From NCBI GenBank assembly GCA_964016885.1, contig OZ024744.1, positions 81,220,001-81,284,000 of the forward strand: a stretch of DNA of 64,000 nucleotides, written 5' to 3'. Below are positions 10,961 to 25,064 of the stretch, one piece after another. The position numbers were made by a program, and so were the translations under genes. Within the stretch, counting starts at the first letter, position 1. Each line of letters begins with the position of its first letter. Source of the stretch: Eledone cirrhosa. Taxonomy: Eukaryota. Under the pieces are notes generated by a model. That model was not told the origin of the DNA and did no database searches. It worked only from the letters and a program-made list of their open reading frames with translations.

Positions 10961-12787
10961 AGGATATAAATTGGTTCTTAATAGCCAGGTTATCCCATAT
11001 AGTCTTAGCATATTTATTTATGTTAAAAGAATACTTAAAATTTTGAACGATACATTTTCAAGAGCAGGGCAAGTTACTAAGATACAACACCATTCAACAC
11101 TACATCAATCAATCTTCATATAACATAAAAGTTAAATATATCTTTAGTAAAATAGTAGGTAAATTTGATGTTTTACACCAGGGATTCTCAAACTTCTGAG
11201 TCCATTTACCCTCTTCATGGGATCCTTCACCTCTCATCAATCCGAAGCATATACAAAAAAAAAAAGTAAATAAATAAATCAATAAATAAAATATAAAATC
11301 ATCATCATCACCACCATTGTTTAACATCCATTTTCCTCACTAGCATGGGTTAGACAGGGTGTTACGTTGTGAGACAAGTCAATTATGGTGACCATATCTT
11401 GCTCATACTGTTTCTGACTTGGTTTCTATTGTGGTATGTCCTTCCTAACATTACAGCATTGACTGGGTGATTTTTATTGTAGCACCAAAACGACCAACTA
11501 ACAGGGTGGACTGAGTTCTTTTTGTCATGTCGTAAGCATGATCACCTTACAGAGTGGACTGGGTGCTTTTTTTGTTGTGTTACCAACAAGCACTTTTCAG
11601 AGTGGATTTTTTTTGTGTCACCAACACAACCCTTTTACAGGGAGGATTGGGTGTTTTTTTGTTGTGTTACCAACACAACCACCTTACAAAGTAGATTGGA
11701 TGTTTTTTGTTGTGTCACCAGCACAAACACCTTACAAGGTGGGAAAGATTAATTATATATAATCAGAAACCTTTTTAAACAAGTTATATTTTATTGTTTT
11801 CTTTTATGTTATTTTCATTTCTTATATAAATGTCAGGGTTTTCATCAAAAAGTAAAATAGACTTCTGACCACTTTGGAGGACCCTTGTCTTGGATGATGA
11901 AATTTTTAAGTTTTATGAAATAGAAATAGTTAACAGATTTTGTGCCATTTAAAAAGAAAAAATGGACAAATGACTGATATATGTACTATATACTCTAATA
12001 TAAGCCCAAGAATATGTAGTCCCCTCCATACACGCAAAAAAAAAAAAAAAAAAAAAATCGATGGTAGAAGGAGGTGGTGTCAATATTTTGATGCTTTTCA
12101 CCAACTTCAAATTCTATGTAAATAAGGTTTAGACTTTTGCCCATTTCTCAGACATAAATAAAATAGTGGGATCGGCTTATATTTTAGGTAAATACAGTAA
12201 ATCAAAAAGGCATTGAAACTATAAATACTTTAACCCTTTAGCATTTAAACCAGCTGTATCTGGCCAGAATTCTCTCACTCTTTTCTGTTCAAACCAGCAA
12301 CTCATACTGATGTTAAGGTATTGTTCTCAAAATAAATATTATCAAAATTTCATAGATTCGATATTATGTGAGATAAAGCCTGTACCATGAAAATACAATA
12401 GTATATATAGAGTAATGTATAAGTCAACTTATACTGAAAGGGGGAAAAAATTAGCTATGTGATTTTCAATTAATAAGTATTCTGTAAGCAGTCATTCTGG
12501 ATTGATTAAATAACAAGGGGAATAATATGAAGACAATCAGTAATTGAATACAATGACTGATATATACAATAATAGAGCACAAAGATGTGCCACAAAGGCA
12601 CTATTCACTTTTGGGAGGCACAAGCCATTTCATGTTAGTGACCTCCACCAACAATATCATCATCACCCACGCAGCATCAGCACATCTATCCTGAATGAAA
12701 ACAGGCACTGTGGGCTACACATATACAAATCATTAGCCTATTATCATCGGAGGCATATGCAGCCTGGATAGAAAGAATCATCATTAA

Positions 12788-12973
12788 CCCTTTAGCATTT
12801 ACACTACTCTATCTTTATCTTACATATCTCACATAATATCGAATCTATGAAATTTTGATATTTATTTTGAGAACAATACTTTAACATAAGTATGAGTGAC
12901 TGGTTACGGCAGGTTTGAACTGAAAGAGGTGAGAAAATGCTGGCCAGATACGGCTGGTTTAAATGTTAAAGGG
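12788..12973. mobile_element. TTAA-flanked piggyBac-type MITE family A (representative copy)
   Basis: TTAA-CCCTTTAGCATTTA...TAAATG(C/T)TAAAGGG-TTAA. Other copies at ~8010-8183, 12235-12445, 13662-13840, 14462-14683, 17211-17392, 18508-18735, 27531-27734, 31239-31622 (split), 32150-32336, 32588-32805, 39142-39347 and 51342-51572. Confidence 0.85.
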
Positions 12974-15259
12974 TTAATCCATCACCATCATTCTGTAAGA
13001 GGAGGTAAGCATAGCTGAGTGGTTAAGAAGTTCACTTTTATAATCATCAATTTCTGAGTTTGATCCCTCTGCATGTAGGATGCTGGACAAGTGTCTTTTC
13101 AACAGCTTTGAGTTGACCCAAACCTTGTGAGTAAAACTAGACAGATGGAAACGATGTGGAAGCCTATCAGATAGATTGAATCTCTAATTCAAAGATCTAT
13201 CCTTGTCACAGACTGTGTTATGTTGAATCAGCATGAGAATTATCTTATGCATACACATATCTGTGGAATACTTAACCACTTTCACATTAATTCACACGTT
13301 AGGTGTTTAGTTAATCAAATAACTGAATATTTGTCATAGATAGAAAGCAACAGGGAATCCAACATCATAGAAGGCAAAGGAGGAGAAGGAGGAGGTCTTG
13401 CATTCTGTTGCCCGTCTCCTTTTGATTAGCTTTCATATTTAAATAAAAGGATCACTTACTTAAAGATATATTTGAGATCTCCATCAATTAATCTCATAAA
13501 AGAAAATAGTGATGATGGGAGCAGTAATAAAGAATAGCTAAAAATAGATGAATGGATGACGATCAATAATATATATATATCATTCTATAAATATGCCATA
13601 GAAATGTAAGTAGATACCTTGAATAACCAGAAATCTGGATATATATTTTTTTGTTTTTTAACCCTTTAGCATTTACATTATATATACTATTGTATTTTTG
13701 TGGTAAAACGCTTTATCTTACACAATTATTCTCACATTAATCTACAAGATTTTCATGTTATTTATTTTGAGAAAAATACCATAACACAGGTATGAGTGGC
13801 TGGTTACGGCCAGTTTGAACAGAAAGAAGTGAGAGAATATAAATACCATAGAAGAAACAGTTAAGTATTATAAAAAACAAGAGCAATTTCTGGCATTTTG
13901 ATATATAAATGGTTAAACCAGTTCTCTACCCACCAACTGGCTTTTGTAAATCATGTAAATCATCAAGTAATTACTTTAATGTAATAAAAGAGTACAAAAA
14001 TTCTCCATTAATATTATAATATTATGTTTTATATTTACATAAATTATATATATTTCTAAAAATTATAATGGAATTAACAATACCTAGTTGTTCACATAGA
14101 AATTACAGTGTTAGGAGGACTCTTCAGTTATGCCATAGACATGAAAACCTCTCTAGTGTTGGTAATCTGATCCACATGATAAACACACTCTGGAGAGATC
14201 GTTGAGCTACTAAAGCAGAAACAAGTAAATGTATGCTTTGTTCAGAAACCAATTCAGCTAACAGGGTTAAATTAACAAATGAAAATTGATAGAAGACAAA
14301 TAAGATAAAGGTAACAGTAAAGCCATAAAACAATTTAAAACTTTTGATACTAAACCCACTGAAACCATCTCCGAATCTATGCTACAAAGTAGTTTATTGT
14401 AAAGTGTTTATATTAATTAAAACATCTTCCATTGTAACATTATGTAAGAACCTTTTTTTAACTTGTTAGCATTTAAACCGGCCGTATCCAGCCAGAATTC
14501 TTTCACCTCTTTTTGTTCAAACTGGTTGTAACCAACCACTCAATACTTCTGTTAAGGTATTGTTCTCAAAATAAATAATATCAAAATCTCATAGATTCAA
14601 TATTATGTGAGATATTATATGAGGTAAAGTGTTTACTGCAAAAAATATAATAGTAAATATAAAGTAATGTAAATGCTAAAGAGTTAAAGTTATGCTCCAA
14701 ACACTAAGTAATGAGAACATTAGTTGCATTATTTTATTAGAAAGATGGTAATAAAAGGTTTAACTCTTTACATCCTGTAAAGATATCCTGTAAAAATATC
14801 TAAAAACTAGTTTGTTAATTCAAATGTTTATAGTTATCTTTACTAGTGGATAGATGATTGTTGTAAATTTCTAATATGATGCAGTCATAGTGCTGTTTTT
14901 TACTTCCCATAGATGTCTTATTAATGTGGTTTGTTAATTCAAATGCTTATAATATCTTTACTAGTGTATAGGTCTTTGTGGAAATTTGTGGTATTAAGAT
15001 AAAGACTTTAATTTTTAATATGATACAGTGAGAGTGTTGTTTTATGTATTTTTCAAAAATGTCTTGTTAATGTGGTTTCATGTGGTACAGGCCATTAGGA
15101 GTTAAAGAAGAGAATAAAAGCAAGGAAAGGAAAATATGGTAAATTATCAGATATAAAAGCATAGTCGATATGAAAGACATATAACATATGTAGACAATAT
15201 ATTTAAAATTTTTTGTTGGGTGTTATTCAATTCTAACCTTATGTTCTTCATATGTTCTT

Positions 15260-15997
15260 CATATTTAAAACAGTACATGCTGTAAAGTGGTTGATGATAG
15301 AGAGGGCATCCAGTTTTAGAAAGCTTGCCAAACAAAGGAAAGGGTTGTGAGGACCTTTTAGTTGTATCAAGGACATGACAACCTCCTTAGTGTTGGCCAT
15401 CTACACAATAAAGACACCCAGTACATGCCGTAAAGTGGTTTGTGTTAGGAAGGGCATCCGGCCGTACTAAGCTTGCCAAACAAAGTTCTGGGCGGACCCT
15501 TTAGATGTGTCAAGGACATAACAACCTCTCTAGTGTTAGTGATGTGCATCAGGCATGTCAAACATGCAGCCTGCGGCCCTTTACAAAGGTTTTTACAGCG
15601 TGAGCATGTTTTATCTTTGTAATATAAAACCCCAAAAAATGAGTTGTAATGTGCGCAATTAGTTGTCGCATGTGGCCCTCAGACAACACGTGACTCATGT
15701 GGCCCTCTGTTTGACATGCCTGATCTACATGATGAAAGCACTCAGTACTTACTGCAAAAGTGGTTGGTGTTAGGTAGCGCATCCAGCTGTAGAAAGCTTG
15801 TCAAACAAGGGGTTAGGCGAATTCTTCAGACACTATGACAAGTCCTCTGCACTGGATAATGACCGCAAGTAAGCAGGATATAGACCTCCTTGGCCTGTCT
15901 GAGACATCAGTGGCCCCACTTCAGTACTGACTTGTTCTATGTAAACCCTCCCAACCCCTGTTCGCAGAGAAAGTGGACATTAAATGATGATGATGAT
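15260..15997 (+). repeat. RTE-tail-derived element with ~150-bp internal tandem units
   Basis: Three copies of cagtacatgctgtaaagtggtt...agggcatccag...aagcttgccaaacaa, ending in an (ATG)n tail; similar at 43250-43682. Confidence 0.6.
15550..15722. mobile_element. hAT MITE nested in the preceding repeat
   Basis: Perfect TIR caggcatgtcaaaca / tgtttgacatgcctg; imperfect 8-bp TSD atgtgcat/atctacat. Confidence 0.75.
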
Positions 15998-18938
15998 ATA
16001 TGGCTTGCTGTTTTTTTTTCTTCTTTTTTTTTCCATTAATATCATATCAACAAATCAGACTGTTAGAACAAGCAGTAGTCTTATTGAGGGTAGTTGTTTG
16101 TAACAATGAAAGATTAACATTCATTTATTTGCCACACCCTCCACTCCTACACCCAACTCCACCTCATCAAAAAAGTGGAATAAAAAGAAATTACTGCCAA
16201 GCAACTAAAGATTTAATTATAGAAATTGTCAGAAGATTAACATGTTGACTGAGAATAATTGTGATGGATTCAAGAGATGTGTATTGGCTGTTGTTTAACT
16301 GTTTTGATACCAAACTGTCTGGAACTACCCCTGGTTCTACAATACAAAGCTGTTTGTTTTAAAGTGTTTATCATCATCCTCAGATTAACATTTGTTCTCC
16401 CAGCTGGCAAGGGTTGGCCAGTTGTCACTGTCAGCCAGTACTCAAGCAGTGCTACTGACCTGGCAGATGAAATGGGGATGGGGCTTATTGCTTGCTCACA
16501 TATGTTCCTGTGTTCTACCAAATACATTTTATCATGGCACCAGCACTAGGAAGGATGTCATGTCTTAGATACAGCTGAAGAGTCCTCCCAACTTTTGATA
16601 TTTATCTATACACCTTCCATCATAATTTTATGTAAGAAAATTTGTTAACCTATGCTTCAAACATCAGTTTAATAATCAGAAGGACAATTATATTACTAAA
16701 TATCTCCAAATTCTAGATTATTTTCAAAATCACAGCTTCAATACTACAACCATGTGGTTAAAATGTCTAAGGAAAGAATTGCTGGACAGATTTTATACGC
16801 AAAACCAACAAGCAGGAGACCTAGAGGTAGACCCTGAACAAGATGGTAGGATAACATCCATGAACTTGGCTAGTCTTGTTTGGCGATACAGCCAGATAAA
16901 TTGGCGATGGTTGCTTCTGACAGGACCCACTGGAAGGAGTGTTTCAGGATTCTTCCTCCCATGACCCTCCCAGGATTAAGTGGGCGAAGAAGAAAAAGAT
17001 GTGAAAATTATAGGCAGTGTTTTTTTCATTCTATGATACAAAACTGCCTTTTATTTTAATTTAAACCTTCTTTTAAAATGTTATATAAGAAACCTCTCAT
17101 AATGGAGAAACCTATTTTTACTAAATTTCTCCAAATTCTTAATTACTTTCAAAATTAATTGAAACCCATAGAGAATGTATTTTGTTGGAAATGTAGTCAT
17201 AAAAGGGTTAACCATTTAGCATTTACATAACTTAATATACTATTATATTTTCAAGGCAAACACTTTATTTCACATAATAATGAGATTTTGATATTATTTA
17301 TTTTGAGAACAATATCTCAACATAAGTATGAGCAGCTGGTTATGGCTGGTTTGAACAGAAAGAGGTAAAAGTATGGCCGGTTTAAATGCTAATACTGAAG
17401 AACAAACACTCAGCCACCATGTAAAACCTGCAACCTATCACAAGCACAAAGTAAAGGTCAAACAGAATTCCACTGTGTCTGAGGAAATTTAGAGAATCAG
17501 CAACATAAAATCAAACCTTTGCAGATTTCTCATCAAAGTTTAACCTACTCAGGAATAACTACAACATTAGAACTGAATCTATATATAACTATTTATATAT
17601 TTGCTGAAGGTTTCATCAATGAGAAAATTGCCTCTAAAAATTAAAATAGAGTAACATGAAAACCTTTAACTCTTTTGATATCAAACCACTTAAAACTGTC
17701 CCTGGTTTTAAAGTGTTTATATTTATCTAAAAACTTTCTATCATAATTTTATGTAAGAACCTTTGTTAATTTATGTTCCAACACTTACTTATTATTGAGA
17801 AAGTAAATTATATTACTAAACCCCTCCAGATGCTTGAGAATTTTCAAAAATTATTTGAAATATGGTAACGAAAGGGATAATGAGAGAAGAAATATTTGAG
17901 TCAGGGATGATGTGAAAAAAAGGAAATCATATTGATATGGAGTGAAACTTCCATAATTGATAGAGAAACATGATGGAAACTTAGAAAAATCAAAGAAGCA
18001 GATCAAATAGCATTTGGTGAAAACCCAATCAATAAACCTAGTTTGACACTAGCTCAATGTGTCTGCCTTTATAGAAAAATGAATTTAAATAACCTAAAAA
18101 TAAAGCATTAATTGTATATGCATCAATGACCTAGTGGATAAGAGTGTTATTAACCTTAGTTTAGAAATACATTTTCTGAGTTCATATGTGATCTAGTATT
18201 ATGTACACTTCATTGTGTACACACGATGATGGTGATAAGAGATCAAATAGGTCAAAACAGTGTGAATGTAAATATTCAAATATGTTTCATGTTTACAAAT
18301 TAGGTTACTAGTCCCCCCTCACTCCCACCCCACCCAATTATAATTATATTAAAAGTAACTGCTCTCAGAGATTTTAGTTATTTCATTATCATCAATATTT
18401 TCTTTTTGCTCAACACCAATGATAACAATATCTATTTTACCAGTGTTGGAAGGTCCTCAAACATGAGAACAGCTGCTTTATCCAGATCAAGCTAATATTA
18501 TAATTAACTCTTTAGCATTTAGATTACTCTCTCTATATATATATATACTATTGTGTTTTTGTGGTAAAGGCTTTATCTTGCATAATCATCTCACATAATA
18601 TCGAATCTATGAGATTTTTATGTTTATTTTGAGAACAATATCTTAACATAAGTATGAGCAGCCAGTTACAGCCGGTTTGAACAGAAAGAAGTGAGAGAAT
18701 TCTGTCCAGATATGGCCAGTTTAAATGCTAAAGGGTTAAATCTGCAGGCCAAAGACTGTAGGCAAGACATGTACAAGGAGGAAATTCCAGAGGACTGGAA
18801 CACTTAATTAGTACTGGGTCTGGTGGGAGTGCTGGGCACATTATGTGTGGTTATAGGGAAAGATGAATGAGTCAAGTGTGTCTAAGAGGAAATGGTAGAA
18901 GACTAGCCAGCACTAAGGAGCAAAGGCCATTGTAGAAG

Positions 18939-18942
<4 letters not shown>

Positions 18943-18986
<44 letters not shown>

Positions 18987-19009
18987 GAGAGAAAGAGAGA
19001 AAGAGAGAA

Positions 19010-19072
<63 letters not shown>
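18943..19072. repeat. (GA)n microsatellite
   Basis: Seen directly. Confidence 0.95.
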
Positions 19073-19074
<2 letters not shown>

Positions 19075-19349
19075 ACAGCACAACTGTAGGGCAAGGGCTG
19101 GAAGATGCCTGTGTATGGTTTCATGCAAATAAGTACATGTTGCAATAATGTAATCTGAGAGGCAGTTCTGATATGAGATTTGCATTCTAAACACACTTGA
19201 AAGCTTTTTTGAAGTCAAAAGCTACAACACTGTTGTCATCAAATTTATCAGTGAGGGGCATGGAAAGTAGGTCACCAGTAGATATGGCTTTATGAAAACC
19301 ATATCTACTGGTAATCAATAAGGAGGGAGGGAGATATTCAAGGTGTTGG

Positions 19350-19910
19350 AGAAGGCTATTTACATCAACCCCAGTAATTTACTGGTACTTTATTTTATTA
19401 ATGCTGGAAGGGTGAAAGACAAAGTTAACCTCAGCGTGATTCTAATTTGGAACTTAAAGAGCCAGAACAAATACTGCGAAGTATTTTGTCGAACACTTTT
19501 ATGCCTCTGCTAAACCCCCATCCTTAAATAATTGTTTCTACTTTTGGCACAAGGCCAGCAATTATCCCAGCACGTTATTGGTACTTTATTTTATTGACCC
19601 CGTAATGATTAAAGGCAAAGTTAACCTTGACTGGATTTGAACTCAGTCCGCAACTCTATGCTGGAAAGCATGGCGTCCAAACCTCTACTCAGACTGCCAA
19701 TCCACCACCCTTAAATAATAATAGCAACAATGATGATAATAATTGTTTCTACTTTAGGCACAAGGCCAGCAATTTGTAGGGGAGGTGGAAGTCGATTAAA
19801 TTGACCCCAGTGTATTACTGGTACTTTATTTCATCAACCCCATACAGATGAAAGGCAAGGTTAACTTTGGCAGGATTTGAACCCAGAATGTAAAGGGCCA
19901 TAACTGTACT
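19350..19910 (-). mobile_element. Head-to-tail cluster of three MetaSINE-like tRNA SINEs
   Basis: Repeated reverse complement of ttgcctttcatccttacggggtcgataaaataaagtaccag (Meta-domain-like). Confidence 0.7.
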
Positions 19911-20832
19911 ACAATGGTTATGAACTTGATACTGTGTTATCCTTAATACCATTTAAATTACATTAAAAATAAAAATGTGAAACGAAGAACAAACAATCAA
20001 TCAAACAAACTGTATCAGGCATAATCACTAAGTTTCCATCCTCTGAACAGCTTTCTAAAGCTTAATGTCTAACCAATGCTAGTGTGGAAAAATGGACATT
20101 AAATGGTGATGACAATGATGATGATGATGTGTACAGTAAATGTCTATGTAAGCATAAATTTCAGCAACCTACATCATCGCTACTGCAATGATACGTGCCC
20201 AGACAATGTGGAAGGACATCCTCTGGCATACAGAACCTCAGGCACAAACAAACCATCTCATGGTCCCAGTAGACATCATCATCATCATCGTTTAATGTCC
20301 ATCTTTCACGCTAGCATGGGTTGGACGGTTATGTCCCACTTGAGGCGAGATTGGTCGGAGATTATGTCTCGCTCATACAGAACTGCCTCTGGCAGGTTTG
20401 CTACGGCTGGATGCCCTTCCTAACACCAACCACATTTATAGACAGAATGAAGAAAATGTTACCTCAGAAGACAGCATTGAAATGACCATTTCCACTCGCA
20501 GAGCTGATTCCCTAATAGGAGTAGGTAGGGAGGTGGACAACTGTGCACCAACAGCAGTAAGTAGGAAGTCTTCTTCACCATGTTATAAGTTCAACAACAA
20601 GCTTATCAGAAAGTGGTCAATATTTCAATAGAGGGAGGTATAAAGTGAATCATAAATACCATCACGTAAGTTTATCACCTGTCTAGCTACCTTAATTATT
20701 CTACATGCTCCTCTGCCGAGAGTAACCATTCCTCCACTACCAATAGCGTTACTGCCACTATCAGTTTGAAATCCTTTATTGGAAACTCTACAAAACAACA
20801 GTGCTTTATCTACATTAAATACAACCCTGCAG

Positions 20833-20869
20833 ATTAGTAGTAGTAGTAGCAGCAGCAGTAGTTGTGACG

Positions 20870-20904
<35 letters not shown>

Positions 20905-20982
20905 GGTGGTGGTAGTAGTGATGGTGGTGGTAGTAATAGTAGAAGTAATAGCAGCAACTGTAGTAGTAATAGTAGTAGTAAT
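20833..20982. repeat. (AGT/GGT/AGC)n trinucleotide tract
   Basis: Seen directly. Confidence 0.9.
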
Positions 20983-21289
20983 TATTTTAAGGCTATTTTC
21001 CTCTGCTGAAGCAAGTGTTAACTTTGTAGAAAGGTCCCATGACAAGGTTTAATCATACAAATTATGAGGTCCTTTTTGGGGGCAATGTTTTACAGCCCTT
21101 CCTGTCATCAACACTTTTTGTCACTTCTTACGACATGCAGGGATACAGTGTCCCTACTCTAAACCATATGCACACAATGTTATATACAATAAATACATTA
21201 GCAAAATGATTTGACAACAATTTATTGTTTTATTGGAAGTATTGATTTCCATGTGTCTAACACTCGCAGACAATGCCTACAAAGTCAGA

Positions 21290-21442
21290 AAACAGTGCAG
21301 CTCCCATGACTTTCAGAAATATTTTGTCATGATGGCAGTTGTTGAAGCATGAAACAAACTACCTGCATCAGTTGTGAGCTGCCGGGATACTACATCATTT
21401 GAAACCTCCATGATTCCTGAGATTCGCCAACACTATACCTGA
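21290..21442 (+). mobile_element. CR1/L2-type LINE 3' end remnant
   Basis: FQKYF...VVEA*NKLPASVVSCRDTTSF resembles the CR1 C-terminal RVVxxWNxLP motif. Confidence 0.5.
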
Positions 21443-22159
21443 TGCCCCCCCCCCCTCCATACACACGCACACATGTATATCATGACTCATACACTGTTCA
21501 CTTTCCCGACATTTGTACATTATTCTATGTACTATACATGCACCTTTGATAAGTTTGTACACAATAATTTCATTATTATTATTATTATTTATTTTATGAA
21601 ATTGTAACTGGTTGGTGTTAAGAAGGGCATCCAACCATAGAATCTAAGCCAAAACAAAGTGTATAAACAAGCGTAGTCACCTGACCAGTATGGCCTCAGC
21701 ATGTGATAGTTGTCTAAACCATGCAAGCATGGAAAATAGATGTTAAACAGGGATGATGATGTAACTATGATGAAATCTTATCTTGTCCAACCTCCACCTC
21801 ATCATCATCATCAACATCATTGTTTTATATTTGCTTTTCCATGCTTGGGTTAAACAAAAATAAAATATACATTGTGCAGGTCATGGTTTTTGGCAAATTT
21901 TTCTGGCTGGATGCCCTTCCTATTACCAACCACTTTACAGCATGGACTAGGTGCATTATTAGTGCCACCAGTACTAGAGAGCTTGTCTCACCAGACCAGT
22001 TTTTAGTCAGAGTTACTGCCACTATTATATAAATGTAAAACTTTAATTCTTTCTTTCAACTTTTTTCTTTTGTCATATAGTCAAAACTTCTTGTGAGATC
22101 AGTTTTCTGTTAATGAATTCGGGGAAACTGGGTTGGGAAAAATAAAATTTTCAAATCTC

Positions 22160-23835
22160 TCGTCATCATTTTACATCCACTTTTCCCTGCTTGCAAGGGT
22201 TGGATGGGTCCTATTCAGCACAGTATCTCTCCACTTGTCACGGTCCTTCGTCATCTCCTCTGAGTTTCAGAGATCTGAGGTCTGCTCTCACCACCTCCGC
22301 CCATGTTTTTCGTGGTCTACTTCTACTGCGTCTTCCTTCTAATGGGATTTCTTGGCACTTCTTTACCCAGCGGTCATCCTCCATGCGCATCACATGTCCA
22401 TACCATCTCACTCTTCCCTCCTGCACACCACAACTTATCCCTCTTATACCCAGTTTCTTTCTCAACTCATCTATGCTTGGTCATTCACGCACATTGACAT
22501 TGCACATCCAACGGAGCATGCTTGCTTCATTTCTCTCCAGCTGTCACATATCCTCTGCAGTTGCTGCTCATGTCTCACTACCATGCAGCATCGCGCATCT
22601 CACACGAGCATCATATAACCGGCCTTTTGTACGTAGGGAGAAACCCTTCTTTGTCAACAGAGGAAGCAGCTCCCTAAACTGATTCCAGCCCGTCATTATT
22701 CTAGATACTATGGCCTCAGAACACCCCCCTCTCATGCTAATCTGATCACCTAGGTACCGGAAGCTATCAACCACTTCTATAGAACCCACCTGCATTGGAA
22801 AAATGTGTATATCACTGCGATTACTACTGCCAACTTTCCCTGTACATCTACTGCATACATAATTTTCCCTACCTGTTAGTTTGCCTGCTATCCCACTACA
22901 TCTCTTGCATTGCGTACAATTTATGGAATTTATGCGAGTTCCTTTCCTACATATTGAACATGGCCATTTCCCTGATGGAATCAGAGTATTGTCCTCTCTT
23001 CTACTTATCAACACTTTTGTCTTACCTAGGTTCTCAGTCCTCTTGATTCCAACTGCTGTTTCCATAACCAGAATGTATTCTCTAGCTCCTCTACTGATTC
23101 TGCTATAAGAACCAGATCATCAGCATAGAGAAGTTCCCATGGACAGCCAGTCTTAAACTCCTCTGTTATGGCTTGAAGGCATAATGAACAAGAGCGGGCT
23201 GAGGACCGAACCCTGATGTACACCTACTTGTATCTGGAATCCTCACTAAACTCCATTCCTACTCTCACTTTACTGACAGCACCCCTGTACATAGCTTGCA
23301 CTGTCCTCACAAGCCATTCCTCTACACCTAGTTTCTTTAGGGACCACCAGATGACAGATTGGGGTACCCTATCAAAGGCCTTCTCTAGGTCAACAAAAGC
23401 GAAGTATAGTGACTTATTCTTCTCTAAGAACCTTTCTTGTAGTTGTCTCACTAAGAAGAGGGCATCTGTTGTACTTTTCCAAAGCACAAAACCAAACTGC
23501 ATCTCATCTATTTTGACCCTTTCTCTAATCAGTTGTGCTAATATTCTCTCTGCCACTTTCATAACCCGATTCATTAGCTTTATGCACCTATAATTGCTCC
23601 TCTCCAGAGCATCCTCTTTACCTTTGTAGCAATTTATGAGAATACTGCTGCACCAGTTATTGGGTATGACACCACCATATATAGCTTGATTGACGATGCG
23701 TGTAACCAGTTTAGTGCCTACTTCTCCTGATGCCTTCAGCATCTCAGCAACTATCCCCGGCGGTTCAGCAGCCTTACCATTCTTCATTTCCTTAATTGCC
23801 TCTTGTACCCTTTATTCATCAATCTCAAAAGCTGA
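22160..23835 (-). mobile_element. RTE LINE fragment (RT, Cys-rich module, 3' end)
   Basis: KAAEPPGIVAEMLK, QFGF, FVDLEKAFDRVP, LLYADDLVL, GKWPCSICRK, YGHVMRM. Confidence 0.92.
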
Positions 23836-24440
23836 TAAAAAAAAAATCTAAAAAGACTGATATGAAGAAAGTGAAGTATACAATATAGTCAAGTGAATGT
23901 CAATAAGAAGACTACAGAAAATTAAGTGCGTGTGTGTGTGTATCATCATCGTCGTCGATTAACGTCTATCTTCCACGCTAGCATGGGTTAGACGAGTTTG
24001 TCCCAATTAGAGGCAAGTAAAGTCAAGTGACTGTGTCTTGCTCATATAGGAGAGTTTCTGGCTGGATGCCCTTCCTAATGCCAATCACATTGACAGTGTG
24101 TTGGGTGCTTTTTGCCGTGTCTTTTACATGTTCACTTTTCAGTGTAGGCTGGGTGTTTTGGGGCTAGTTTTCTATGCCCTTCCTAATGCCAATCACATTG
24201 ACAGAGTGTGCTGGGTACTTTTTGTCAGGACACCTACATGATAATGTATATATATAAATATATAAAATCCATTTTAAAATTTGTCAATTCTGAGCCTTAT
24301 TTAAGACAGTTCAATATTTGTGTGTGTGTACACAAAACGCCAAGAAATGGCAACATGAATGGACCTGTTATTTTTCTCTAAAAACATTTTTTCTGATTCT
24401 TCCCTGCCCATCTCTTCAATCTTTCTAATTTCTCCTTCTT

Positions 24441-24476
24441 TCTTCTGATGAAGGACTAGCGTCCAAAACGTTAAGA
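24441..24476 (+). ncRNA. Minimal type I hammerhead motif, G12A-degenerate (element ~24330-24565)
   Basis: tctt CTGATGA a ggac tagc gtcc AAAA c g TT aaga. Shares the downstream caagcattaaactaatata with the 58940 copy. Confidence 0.7.
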
Positions 24477-24586
24477 CCCTCTTCCTACTATTTCAAGCAT
24501 TAAACTAATATATTCCTTTCATATACTGTACCGATTATGTTGTTATTTCTGTTTATCTTTTACATACATACATACATATATATATA

Positions 24587-24681
24587 CATTTTATTAAGGC
24601 TAAATAGTGAGTCTTGTTATTCTGATAAACAGGCAAAACTCCAAAGTAAGAAGACTCGCTATTTAGCCTTAATAAAAAATG
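24587..24681. repeat. Fold-back with ~30-bp arms around a decayed hammerhead-like core
   Basis: cattttattaaggctaaatagtgagtctt / aagactcgctatttagccttaataaaaaatg; the loop contains ctgataa...aaaact-ccaa-agta. Confidence 0.6.
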
Positions 24682-25064
24682 AATATTTAAACTCTACTTC
24701 AGTATTGAGTACGCTTTTCTCTTAGCTATCAACTACATATGGATATGGATAGATATACATATATCTTTGATACCTAAAGATAAAAAGCTTATCTGCAATG
24801 GATAACAACAAAGATTTAACATACTATCTCAAAATAAAATACATGTGATCAGAGCAGTCAGTGCTAGATTTATCATTGTGCTTATATGTGTTTAAGCACA
24901 TTGGTCAGGGGTGTCCTATCTTCCTGGCCCCAAGTAACTTAACTTAACTAGCACAGGGCCTCATTTGTCCTAAATCCGGCACTGAACACAATGAAATGTA
25001 AATTTAAAGAGCAAGAGAAATATTATTGTACATAAATTACTTTCTAGCTCCTTGAAATAACATG

